The notes under the pieces were generated by a model that saw nothing but the letters and a program-made list of their open reading frames with translations, was not told the origin of the DNA and did not search any database. A stretch of 64,000 bases of DNA from an uncultured bacterium (GTDB lineage Bacteria; Verrucomicrobiota; Verrucomicrobiia; Verrucomicrobiales; DEV007): NCBI GenBank assembly GCA_963977015.1, contig CAXBMO010000011.1, forward strand, positions 1 through 64,000. The letters are read 5' to 3'. The position numbers and the translations under genes are program-made. Within the stretch, counting starts at the first letter, position 1, and each line of letters opens with the position of its first letter. Positions 19,617-29,048 of the stretch are shown in pieces.

Positions 19617-21061
19617 AGGCTGCCACCGGGACGCGGTCCGTTGACCCAGGGTTGTCGTGGAAACGCTTCCTCCAGCAACTTTTGGGCGGTCGCCACTTCC
19701 TCCGGGTTGGCCGGATTGTCGATCGCGTTGATCGTTTCGCCGGGATCGGTCGAATGCTGATACAGTTCCCGGGCTTCGACCTCGCCCGTCGCGAAATTGC
19801 GCCATTCGGTGTAGCGCAGATTCCGAGTTCGCACGGAAACTCCCATCACTTGCGGATCCCCTTTGTAGTAAGCCGGGCGAGGATGCTGCGTGTAAGCCCC
19901 GTTTTTCACGGCGGAACTGGGATCCTTCAGGATCGGTGCCAAACTCTTGCCTTCAAGTCCGCTCGGAGCCGGGAGTCCGCAGAGATCCGCGAGGGTGGGG
20001 TAGAGATCGAGCAACTCGACCAGGGCGTTGCTGCGTTGCCCGGCAGTTGAGGATCGTGGTGTCGCGATGATCAACGGAACCCGGGCGTCCAACTCGAAAT
20101 TCGACGTCTTGGCCCAAAGCGAGTTTTCGCCCAGGTGAAAGCCGTGATCGCTCCAGAAAACGATGACCGTGTTGTCGGTGAGCTTCTGGCGATCCAACTC
20201 ATCGAGAATTTTTCCCACCTGCGCGTCGAGAAAACTGATGCCCGCCAGGTAGCCTTGCCGAAGCTCGCGAACCTCTGCCTCGGTCAGCTTCCCATCCTTG
20301 GTTGCCCGAAAGATTTCCCGACCTTCATGAAGCGCAATCTCCGGAACATTCGCCGGCTTCTCCGGGTGCGTTGGAAGTGAAATCTGGTCCCGATCGTAGA
20401 GATCCCAATACTTCTTCGGCGGATTGAACGGCAAATGAGGTTTCCAGAACCCCACCGCGAGGAAAAAGGGCTCGGCCGGCTTTTGAGCGCGCTCCTGAAT
20501 CGCCTCGACCGCCAGCTTTCCGATCCGCCCATCGAAGTAAGCCTCGTCCGGCAAATCCAACATCATGCAGCGAGGTGCCGTGGCCAGGTTCGGCGGAAGA
20601 GGGGAATCCGATTGCGGCACATCGTCATCGTGTCGGGCGAAGTGCAGGACTTCCGGGACGCTCCAACTTTGAGGGTCACCCTGGGTTTCCTGCCGCCAGT
20701 TGTGGAAGATCTTCCCAATATTCTGGGTATGATAGCCGTTGTTCTTGAACAGTTCCGGAAGCGTCACCACGTCCGGATGCATTTTTCGAAAATGCCGCGA
20801 GAGATTCCAGATTCCCAACGTATCAGGGCGTAATCCTGTCAGCAACGACGCGCGTGATGGATTGCAGACCGCCTGTTGGCAATACGCTTTATCGAACGTG
20901 ATTCCCCGCTTGGCCAATCGATCCAGGTGCGGCGTTTTGACCTCGGGATGCCCATAACAACCGAGATCGTTGCGAAGATCATCCGCCGCGATGAAGACAA
21001 CATTGGGAGCGGCCAACGCGAAGCTGGTGGAGGTGAGGAAGAGAAGCAGAAGGGGTTTCAT
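19613..21061 (-). CDS. Sulfatase (iduronate-2-sulfatase-like, Cys type)
   Basis: DDLR, CNPSRASLLTG, GKIFH, KPHLP, SDHG, signal peptide. Confidence 0.93.
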   Translation of the reverse strand: MKPLLLLFLTSTSFALAAPNVVFIAADDLRNDLGCYGHPEVKTPHLDRLAKRGITFDKAYCQQAVCNPSRASLLTGLRPDTLGIWNLSRHFRKMHPDVVTLPELFKNNGYHTQNIGKIFHNWRQETQGDPQSWSVPEVLHFARHDDDVPQSDSPLPPNLATAPRCMMLDLPDEAYFDGRIGKLAVEAIQERAQKPAEPFFLAVGFWKPHLPFNPPKKYWDLYDRDQISLPTHPEKPANVPEIALHEGREIFRATKDGKLTEAEVRELRQGYLAGISFLDAQVGKILDELDRQKLTDNTVIVFWSDHGFHLGENSLWAKTSNFELDARVPLIIATPRSSTAGQRSNALVELLDLYPTLADLCGLPAPSGLEGKSLAPILKDPSSAVKNGAYTQHPRPAYYKGDPQVMGVSVRTRNLRYTEWRNFATGEVEARELYQHSTDPGETINAIDNPANPEEVATAQKLLEEAFPRQPWVNGPRPGGSL

Positions 21062-21121
21062 AAATGGAGAACTGCGAAAGAATCAGGTGGAACGGTTTCT
21101 GAACACGAATCCGTTTGGTCA

Positions 21122-23740
21122 CTAATTTCGAGAAAACTCGATCCAATCGAGATTCATGATCCCGTTGCCAACGCCTTCGTTGACGAAGCGCACATAGAGA
21201 TCACCCCGCGCGGTACTCGGGGTCAGTGGCAAGTCTTTCGGGAAGTAGGTGTTCCAATCCCCCTTGGGCTCGACCGCGACGCTTCCCAACAGCTCTCCAT
21301 CAATTGCGCCGTGGCGAAACTCCACCACGCCTCCTGGACCACCGCTGGAAACCTGGATGGTCGCCTTCCGAATTTGGGTAAGGTTCAGGTTTGAGAACTT
21401 CAGGTAACTTCCATGCGAGATGGCACCCGCTCCTCGCGACGTCAACGAAAGCCCCTGATGTTCAGACGCATACTCAGCTTCGACCCGGGGGAGGCGAAGC
21501 CGAATGGTTTGCGAGGCGCTGAGCGGCGCGATTGGGAACGCGCCACCGTCCAGATAGCTTGCTTCCAGAATCACGACTCGTGTGCTCATCCCTTTTTTGA
21601 GTTTCTCCAGTTTGGAAATGGTGAATTCACCCTCCAAACCACTGAGGACCGCGTCTTCGGAGTCTTCTCCCAGTGATAAAATCCATTCCATCATCTGGCG
21701 CGATTGCTCGATGCCGTGTTGGGGATGGGGGACCATCGGAACCGGCCCCCAAATGCCGCTTGAGCCTTCAACAATCCGTTTGGCGGAGCGGTCGAGCGCT
21801 TCGGAATCTCCGCGATACCGGGTGGCCACTTCCAGGTAAGACGGGCCAACGAGCTTTCGACCCACCATGTGGCAGTTGAAGCAATCGCTCCGTTTCATCA
21901 ACTCCAACCCTGGGGGCAGGTTCTCGAGACCGCCGAGCGACGGTTGAACGGCGTCAAAGCTCTTCGCATCGACGACCTTGTAAAACAGTTTCGCGCGCTC
22001 CGGAGCAGGCTCGGTGTCTTCCGTGTCCTGAACGGTCACCTTCCAAGGAATCGGCTGGTCGACCTCGAAAAAGTCGCCATCCTGCGGTGTTTCGATCTGA
22101 ATCTGCGGGGGATCGTTGCCAACCAGAACGGGAAAGGTCGCGGTCGCTTCCGCACCCGCAGGATCTCTGGCCGTCATGGTCACCTGGGTCGCACCGATGG
22201 TCGCGAAGGTCAGAGTCGGATTCGCTTCCGTCGAGACGACGTTGGTGTCGGGGAGAATTCGCCATTCGAAGGAAATGGCATCGCCATCCGGGTCGGTGGT
22301 TCCTTCGCTGGAGAAGGCGACCTTGAGCGGGGGCTTCCCGGCCGTGCCGTTTGCGGTGAGTTGGGTGTGTGGTGGGCGATTTCCACGGATGTAGTCGATT
22401 CGAACCAACTTACAGTCGGGATTCTCTCCCCAGGTTTCCCCATATTCGATGAGGTAAAGATTGCCTGCCGGGCCAAAATCCATATCGATCGGCCGGACGA
22501 AACCGTAATCGGGCATCAGTTCCTCAAGCGAGTGAATATCCGAGTTGGCATCCAGCTTGACTCCAAAAATCCAGTGTCGCGACCACTCGTAGATAAACAG
22601 GGTGTTGTCGAAGTGAGCGGGAAATTTCACCTCGCTCTTCAACTCCGGATCAAAGTGGTAGACGGGACCGGCACAGGCCGTTCGACCTCCCGTTCTCAGC
22701 ATCGGGAAGTCGTCCGTCGTGTTGCGGTGGTAGTAGACAAACGCGGGTTGAGCTGGAGGAAGGACCTGGCTGCCGACGCTGTTGGGCGAGTCATTTCGAG
22801 GGGCGGCCGGGTCCTGGGTGTTTCCGATTTCTCCGGTTTCAAAATCGACATCCGGATAGGCCAGGTTGGGGCCGACGAAATACGGCCAGCCAAAATTGCC
22901 CGCTTTGCGTGCCTGGTTGATTTCGTCATGTCCGGCTGGTCCGCGATCGCCCGGCGCACCGGCATCGGGCCCGACCTCGCCCCAGTATAGGTAGCCCGTC
23001 TTTTGGTCGATATTGATGCGCCACGGATTCCGGCACCCCATGACGTAGATTTCCGGATGGCCCTGGGATCCATCTTTCGGGAACAGATTGCCTTCAGGAA
23101 CTTCATACGTTCCATCGTCGAGTGGCCGGATGCGAAGCACTTTGCCGTTGTAGCTGAACTTGTTCGACGCCGATTTTTGGGCGTCCCACGGCATCCGCTC
23201 GGGTCGTTCATCAATGGGCGCATAACCTTTCGAGTCTCCGCCCGGGTGGGTGTTGTCTCCGGTTGCGATAAAGAGGCAGCCGTCCGGTCCAAACTCGAGC
23301 GAGCCTGCGTGATGACAACACTGGAGGCGTTGTTCCTCGAATTTCAGAAGAAGCTTCTCGGATTTCAAGTCGAGTTGATCGCCCTTCATCACGAATCGAC
23401 TGACGTGCTGACCGGAATAGTCAGGAGGCGAGTATTGAAGGTAGATCCGCTGGTTCTCCGCAAAATCAGGATCGAGCGCCATTCCAATCAGACCGTTCTC
23501 CTGCTGGGTTGCGACCGAAAGCGTCCCCGCTTCGGTGAGCTTCTGCGTTTGGGGATGAAAGATGCGCAACTGGCCAGCCAGCTCGATGAAGAAGACGCGT
23601 CCATCGGGCGCAACCTCCAATTCCATGGGGCGTTTCAGGCCCATCGCGAGGGTTACAGGAGTGAGGCGGCTGGGATCAAACGTCTCGGCTTGCGCAGAGC
23701 TGATCGAAACCAGGATGAGGAGAAAACGAAGGAATTTCAT
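21122..23740 (-). CDS. PQQ-dependent sugar dehydrogenase-like beta-propeller with PKD, cytochrome c and CBM6-like domains
   Basis: CCHHAG, GCRNPWR, PKD-like segment, CFNCH heme motif, C-terminal NLDWIEF. Confidence 0.85.
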   Translation of the reverse strand: MKFLRFLLILVSISSAQAETFDPSRLTPVTLAMGLKRPMELEVAPDGRVFFIELAGQLRIFHPQTQKLTEAGTLSVATQQENGLIGMALDPDFAENQRIYLQYSPPDYSGQHVSRFVMKGDQLDLKSEKLLLKFEEQRLQCCHHAGSLEFGPDGCLFIATGDNTHPGGDSKGYAPIDERPERMPWDAQKSASNKFSYNGKVLRIRPLDDGTYEVPEGNLFPKDGSQGHPEIYVMGCRNPWRINIDQKTGYLYWGEVGPDAGAPGDRGPAGHDEINQARKAGNFGWPYFVGPNLAYPDVDFETGEIGNTQDPAAPRNDSPNSVGSQVLPPAQPAFVYYHRNTTDDFPMLRTGGRTACAGPVYHFDPELKSEVKFPAHFDNTLFIYEWSRHWIFGVKLDANSDIHSLEELMPDYGFVRPIDMDFGPAGNLYLIEYGETWGENPDCKLVRIDYIRGNRPPHTQLTANGTAGKPPLKVAFSSEGTTDPDGDAISFEWRILPDTNVVSTEANPTLTFATIGATQVTMTARDPAGAEATATFPVLVGNDPPQIQIETPQDGDFFEVDQPIPWKVTVQDTEDTEPAPERAKLFYKVVDAKSFDAVQPSLGGLENLPPGLELMKRSDCFNCHMVGRKLVGPSYLEVATRYRGDSEALDRSAKRIVEGSSGIWGPVPMVPHPQHGIEQSRQMMEWILSLGEDSEDAVLSGLEGEFTISKLEKLKKGMSTRVVILEASYLDGGAFPIAPLSASQTIRLRLPRVEAEYASEHQGLSLTSRGAGAISHGSYLKFSNLNLTQIRKATIQVSSGGPGGVVEFRHGAIDGELLGSVAVEPKGDWNTYFPKDLPLTPSTARGDLYVRFVNEGVGNGIMNLDWIEFSRN

Positions 23741-23884
23741 GGGAGAGTTTGAGTCGCAGAACACGAGTTCAACTTCAATCATCTTCCAGTTCAAATCCGG
23801 GAATTATTGATCGGATGGGATTTCTTTGCATCGCGTTCGGGATTGGCGAGAATAACCGAACCCTGCTGATAATTACCCCGCCCG

Positions 23885-25078
23885 ATGATCACCAAACTTG
23901 CTTTCCCGGCTGCATTTTTCCTCACCGTTGTCACGGCGTTTGCCGAACCCTCTGCGGAGCAACTCGCAGGTTGGCTCAAGCGGTTCCCGGACGCTGACAC
24001 CAACGGCGATGGAGTTCTGTCGATGGCTGAGGCGCTGGATTACCGCGCCAAAATGCAGAAGTCCGGACGCAAGGGCGGAGCGCCACGGGAATTCAAAGTG
24101 GACCCCGGTTGGGAGGCGGAACGCTTTCCGGATCACGCCGTCAGCTATCGCTCCCCGGAAGAAATTCGGGAAATTTTCGGCAAGGTCACCTCATTTCCGA
24201 AGCCATCCGGCGATGTGCTCAGAATCGTTGGCACGGGCCACAGCTTCATGGCGCCCGGTTACGGCACGCTGCCCAAGATCTGTCGCGCCGCCGGATTTGA
24301 ACAGCCGCTCCTGACCCACACCGGGGGCGGCATTACGGGAAGCACGCGCTACAAGTGGGAGCAGGAGAACGGCATCTTTCAATTCGACGGCAAGCCAGAG
24401 CCCAAGTTGCTCGCTTCCATCGCCAATGCGGAGTGGGAAGCGATGATGTGGGGGCCGTACTTCAATGACCGTCCGGCCTACTACGAGTGTTGGATCGATT
24501 TCTGTCTGAAGTTCAATCCCGCGATGAAGTTTTATCTTTCCGATGCCTGGCCGCAACTGGGGCAATTGGATGAGATCCCGGCGACCGAAGACGCCCTCAC
24601 GGCGGAAGTCATAGGCCAACTTGGTGCGGAGAAAAATGCGCTCTACGGAGGGTTGGTCGAATTGTTGAATGCCAAATATCCGGGCAAGGTTTTCATCCTG
24701 CCGACCAGTGATGCGATGGTGCTGGCCGCCGAGCATTACCTGCAAGGTGAGTTGCCCGGGGTGGAGGGGCTGCATCGTGCGTTGGGTCAAAAGGAGTTCT
24801 CACTCTGGCGCGACCAGCTTGGACACCTTGGTCCGGGATTCGAGCGCCTGGAAGGCTACGTTTTTTACGCCACGCTGTATGGCCGTTCGCCAGAGTTGAT
24901 TGAGAACGATATCGATTTTGGGCGCGGCAAGAATACGAAGAGCGGTTTTCCCAATCCAGAACTCGATCGCCGGTTCCGCCAAATCGCGTGGCGCGCCGTG
25001 GCGAACAACCCGCATTCGGGAGTGGTTGATGCGAACGAAAATGGCGTCGATGATGCCCGCGAGGACAAAGGCAGCTAG
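23885..25078 (+). CDS. Secreted EF-hand protein with an SGNH-like hydrolase domain
   Basis: Signal peptide, DTNGDGVLS EF-hand, GHSF and DxxGH motifs. Confidence 0.65.
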   Translation: MITKLAFPAAFFLTVVTAFAEPSAEQLAGWLKRFPDADTNGDGVLSMAEALDYRAKMQKSGRKGGAPREFKVDPGWEAERFPDHAVSYRSPEEIREIFGKVTSFPKPSGDVLRIVGTGHSFMAPGYGTLPKICRAAGFEQPLLTHTGGGITGSTRYKWEQENGIFQFDGKPEPKLLASIANAEWEAMMWGPYFNDRPAYYECWIDFCLKFNPAMKFYLSDAWPQLGQLDEIPATEDALTAEVIGQLGAEKNALYGGLVELLNAKYPGKVFILPTSDAMVLAAEHYLQGELPGVEGLHRALGQKEFSLWRDQLGHLGPGFERLEGYVFYATLYGRSPELIENDIDFGRGKNTKSGFPNPELDRRFRQIAWRAVANNPHSGVVDANENGVDDAREDKGS

Positions 25079-25153
25079 TTCACAGCACCTCGCTGGAAGC
25101 CAAATCTCCTCGCGGCATTTGGCGACAACTCCACTTCAAATGGACTAAGGGGC

Positions 25154-26578
25154 TCAGGCCAGCAACATCGGCTCAATCCCGAAGACTTTGCGGGCGTCGC
25201 TGACTTTTCCGGTAATCGCGGCCGCGGCGACCATCACAGGACTCATCAAAATTGTGCGTCCGGTTGGTGAGCCCTGGCGGCCCTTGAAGTTCCGGTTGCT
25301 GGAGCTGGCGCAAAGTTGATCGCCAATCAGCTTGTCCGGATTCATGGCGAGGCACATGGAGCACCCGGCTTCCCGCCACTCCCATCCGGCTTCTTCAAAA
25401 ACCTTGTCGATTCCTTCCTGGCGGCAGAGTTGGTCAACAATCTGCGATCCTGGAACCGCGAGCGCTTTCACACCGTCGGCGACTTTCGTGCCTTTGATGA
25501 AATGGGCGACTTCGCGAAAATCCGAAACGCGGCCATTGGTGCAGCTTCCGACGAAGCAGACATCGACCGGAATCCCGGCAACTGCGGTTCCCGGCTTCAA
25601 CTGCATGTAGTCGAGCGCTTCCTTGAGCGACGCGGTCTCGGCATCGTTCATTCCATCAAACGTCGGGATCAGTTCGTTGATGAACGAGCCCTGGTCCGGG
25701 CTGATTCCCCAAGTCACACTGGGCGCAATCTCGGACGCATCGATTTCAACGACGTCATCATATTGGCAATCGGGATCGCTTGCGTAAGAAGCCCAGGTTT
25801 TCACGGCTTCATCCCAATTCTCTTCTGAAGGTGCGTAGGGACGTCCCTTGAGGTATTCGAACGTCTTTTCGTCCGGATTCACATATCCACAGCGTGCGCC
25901 ACCTTCGATTGACATGTTGCAGACGGTCATCCGCTCTTCCATCGACATGTTGTCGAAGACTTCGCCGCCATATTCGTAGGCAAAGCCTTTGCCGCCACCG
26001 GCGCCGAGCAGTTTGATGATGTGGAGGATGACGTCTTTGGCGTAGACGCCGGGAGGAAGCTTGCCGTTGACGTTGATGCGGCGGACCTGAAGCTTGCTGA
26101 GCGCCATGGTCTGGGTTGCCAGTACGTCGCGAACCTGGGTCGTGCCAATGCCGAACGCGATTGCGCCAAAGGCTCCGTGAGTCGCCGTATGAGAGTCACC
26201 ACAGGCGATCGTCATTCCGGGTTGGGTGATTCCCTGCTCTGGACCAACCACGTGAACGATGCCCTGCTTTCCGCTGGCAATGTCGAAATAGGTTACGCCG
26301 AATTCATCCGCGTTTCTGCGGAGCTCCTTGATCATTCCGTCGGCGAGAGGATCCGAAAACGGCTCTTCACGTTGATCGGTCGGCACAATGTGGTCAACGG
26401 TGGCGAAGGTGCGGTCGGGAAACGCAAGTTTCAGGCCCTTGTCGCGGAGCATACCGAACGCCTGTGGGCTGGTAACCTCGTGAATCAGGTGGGTCCCGAT
26501 GAAGAGTTGCGTTTGACCGTTCGAGAGGGTGCGCACCTTGTGTGCGTCCCAGACTTTTTCGAAGAGATTTTGACCCAT
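25154..26578 (-). CDS. leuC: 3-isopropylmalate dehydratase large subunit
   Basis: [40 protein letters not shown]. Confidence 0.97.
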   Translation of the reverse strand: MGQNLFEKVWDAHKVRTLSNGQTQLFIGTHLIHEVTSPQAFGMLRDKGLKLAFPDRTFATVDHIVPTDQREEPFSDPLADGMIKELRRNADEFGVTYFDIASGKQGIVHVVGPEQGITQPGMTIACGDSHTATHGAFGAIAFGIGTTQVRDVLATQTMALSKLQVRRINVNGKLPPGVYAKDVILHIIKLLGAGGGKGFAYEYGGEVFDNMSMEERMTVCNMSIEGGARCGYVNPDEKTFEYLKGRPYAPSEENWDEAVKTWASYASDPDCQYDDVVEIDASEIAPSVTWGISPDQGSFINELIPTFDGMNDAETASLKEALDYMQLKPGTAVAGIPVDVCFVGSCTNGRVSDFREVAHFIKGTKVADGVKALAVPGSQIVDQLCRQEGIDKVFEEAGWEWREAGCSMCLAMNPDKLIGDQLCASSSNRNFKGRQGSPTGRTILMSPVMVAAAAITGKVSDARKVFGIEPMLLA

Positions 26579-26719
26579 TGTCGTCGGTGATTTTAGCTGT
26601 TTTTCCAGGGCGCGCACCATAACACAGATTCCAAGGGCTGCCGGAATTTTTCTCCGAAGGACGTTTGCAAGTGGCAAAACTAGACTAGTGTTTGGAAACC
26701 TAACCCTGTAACTACGCTG

Positions 26720-27022
26720 ATGAAATTATCCTATTATTTGTCTATTTTGGCCGCTGTCGCAGGCTTGAGCCTTGCCGGATGTGGAAAGAAAGACGCCGAA
26801 GCCGACGACGCTTCGACCAAGGAAGCAGTGAAAGAAGCCGTCAAGGAAGCTGGGGAAAAGACGAAAGAGGTTGCCTCGGAATTGTACGAAAAAACGGAAG
26901 AAGCGGCTGAAAAAGCCAAGAAAGCCGTGATTGCCGGTGGTGATGCTGCTGCTGAAGCCGCCAAAGATGCGCTCAAGGAAGTTGAGCCTGAATCTGAGGC
27001 AACGGCAGATCCTGAAAACTAG
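26720..27022 (+). CDS. Small Ala/Glu/Lys-rich lipoprotein
   Basis: LAGC lipobox followed by a low-complexity helical body. Confidence 0.8.
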   Translation: MKLSYYLSILAAVAGLSLAGCGKKDAEADDASTKEAVKEAVKEAGEKTKEVASELYEKTEEAAEKAKKAVIAGGDAAAEAAKDALKEVEPESEATADPEN

Positions 27023-27027
27023 GTCTT

Positions 27028-27639
27028 CTGGCTCAGACGCTGGAATCTCATTTACGGGATCTGCGCGCTTGTCGCAGGTGCCCGAACATGCATGCGCCGC
27101 CCGTGGCGAACGGGCCGGTTCAGACCCGTGTAATCATTGTCGGCCAGGCGCCGGGGGTGAAGGAGCCGGAATTGCAGCGTCCTTTTGCGTGGACGGCGGG
27201 GAAGACGCTCTTTAAGTGGTTCGAAGGCGCAACGGGCGTCAGTGAGGCTGGAATTCGCGATCGCGTCTATTTCGCGGCGGTTTGTCGCTGTTTTCCAGGC
27301 AAAGGCGTCAAGGGAAGCGGGGATCGTGTGCCGGATACGACCGAAATCGAGAATTGTTCAGCCTGGATGCGCGCGGAATTTGAGCTTTTGCGTCCTCAAT
27401 TGGTCATTCCCGTGGGCAAGCTGGCGATTTCTCAGTTTCTCAGCTTTGGAAAGCTCACGGAAGTCATTGGAACCACACACCAGATTGAGAAATTCGGGCA
27501 TCGCTTCGATTTGATCCCGTTGCCGCATCCCTCCGGAGTCTCGACCTGGCACAATCGTGAGCCGGGAAAAGCCCTCTTGTCTGAGGCGATGGCGATGATT
27601 GCCAACCATCCAGTCTTCAACCGTGAAGTCGTGAATTAG
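27028..27639 (+). CDS. Uracil-DNA glycosylase superfamily protein (Fe-S type); probable non-ATG start
   Basis: GQAPG, CRCFPG, PHPSG. An in-frame ACRRCP motif lies upstream of the first ATG (27088). Confidence 0.8.
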   Translation: MAQTLESHLRDLRACRRCPNMHAPPVANGPVQTRVIIVGQAPGVKEPELQRPFAWTAGKTLFKWFEGATGVSEAGIRDRVYFAAVCRCFPGKGVKGSGDRVPDTTEIENCSAWMRAEFELLRPQLVIPVGKLAISQFLSFGKLTEVIGTTHQIEKFGHRFDLIPLPHPSGVSTWHNREPGKALLSEAMAMIANHPVFNREVVN

Positions 27640-27713
27640 CGGCCTTCGTAGGTTGGGTTGGGCAAAGTCCGCGATTGGAAGACGGAGAGAGAAGGCGGCA
27701 GATTTGTCCCAAT

Positions 27714-27780
27714 TATGGTAATTTTATAAAATCTTGTTTTCATGTTTGAAATTATTTTCATTATGAATATAATTACCATA
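27714..27780. promoter_or_regulatory. AT-rich operator-like region with nested inverted repeats
   Basis: TATGGTAATT (27714-27723) with AATTACCATA (27771-27780); ATTTTATAAAAT (27721-27732); TTCAT-T-ATGAA (27757-27767). Confidence 0.55.
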
Positions 27781-27840
27781 TTCAAGAGGCTCAATATAAC
27801 ACAGAGCCGCATTTCGACGTCATTAATCTTACCAACTCTC

Positions 27841-28932
27841 ATGAAAATCCTAGCTCCCGATTTTGCTGTCACCTTGTCCGACGATGCGGTCCACGTATTG
27901 ACTCGTGATGAAGATGCTCCGGCAATTTACCCCGCATACCTGACCCTTTCCAAGCACGACCGAAAGATTTTGGCCTGGGGAGAGGAAGCTCGTGATATGT
28001 GGGGCCGCGTTCCCAGCAATATCGAGGTCGTTCGCCTCTTGACCGAAGGCTTCCCCGTTGACGCTGAGTTGTTCGCCGAGTTTTTGAGCCTGGTTGCCAA
28101 GGATCATTCCGAAGGGTTTAAAATGACGCGTCCTCGCGCTTCGTTTGCGCTTCGCAACCATGCCGCCGGTCGCGCTTACATTCGCGAATGTGTTCTCAAC
28201 AGCAGCCTCCGTGAGGTCACGTTCATGGATCAAGCCATGGCGTGCGCCATCGGCATGGGCTGGGAAGTTGATCGCCCCGAAATTCGCGCCGTTCTTTCGC
28301 TCGACCGCGATTGGTTCGAGTTCGAAGTCATCGTTCTCGGTGGTGTTCTGGCCGGAACAACCCAGCCGCTTGGCCTTGAGGATATGGCGATGGACCTTCG
28401 GGCTCGCACGCTCGCTGACGAAAAAGGACGCCCTCGTCCGTCTGTTCATGCAACCGGCCCCATCGCACTGGAAGTGAGCAAAGAAAATCTTCCGAGCTCC
28501 CTGCTTCGCCTGTCCCAACACATCTGGGATACCCTCGACAAGTTGACTCGCGAACAGCAGAAGGCGCTGACGGAAAGCCCGATTGCCATTTGTGGACCTG
28601 GTGCCGACGTTCCTGGTTTGGCTGACGCCATGAGCGGCTTCCTCGGGTTGAGCTTCGAAGCCTTCCCTTCTGTTGCTGGGCATCCTGCCGTGACTGGAGC
28701 GCTGAAGCTCAAGCGTCACAAGGATCCGGAGGCTCTGCTTCAGTCTTCCCGCAAAGCACGGAAAGCGGCGAAAGCAGACCCGAAGAATCCAAGAAACGCC
28801 GGCAAGCCGGTTGCCATGCTCGATAGCATTCGCAGCGTGATCGAAGGAAAGAGTTCTTCTTCGGCTGTTTCCAAGGAAACGAAGGCTTCCGCGAAGAAGC
28901 CGCAGGGTGAGCTCGCGAAGAGCGCTTCCTGA
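27841..28932 (+). CDS. Divergent MreB/actin-like protein with a basic C-terminal tail
   Basis: AWGEEARDMWGRVPSNIEVVR and DQAMACAIGMG resemble MreB segments; nucleotide-binding motifs are degenerate. Confidence 0.7.
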   Translation: MKILAPDFAVTLSDDAVHVLTRDEDAPAIYPAYLTLSKHDRKILAWGEEARDMWGRVPSNIEVVRLLTEGFPVDAELFAEFLSLVAKDHSEGFKMTRPRASFALRNHAAGRAYIRECVLNSSLREVTFMDQAMACAIGMGWEVDRPEIRAVLSLDRDWFEFEVIVLGGVLAGTTQPLGLEDMAMDLRARTLADEKGRPRPSVHATGPIALEVSKENLPSSLLRLSQHIWDTLDKLTREQQKALTESPIAICGPGADVPGLADAMSGFLGLSFEAFPSVAGHPAVTGALKLKRHKDPEALLQSSRKARKAAKADPKNPRNAGKPVAMLDSIRSVIEGKSSSSAVSKETKASAKKPQGELAKSAS

Positions 28933-29048
28933 GTTTCCGGACGATTCTCCCCTGAAAATCCACCGTATGGGCGCTCGAAGCCCTGCGGTGGATTTTCTCT
29001 TTCCAGCCTTGCCTGTTCTTCCGAGTAGTACCTATTCGGGAATCTCGA

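Noticed and set aside
27742-27840. N-terminal extension of the MreB-like ORF
   Set aside because: It lies in the AT-rich regulatory patch; MreB similarity begins at the ATG at 27841.
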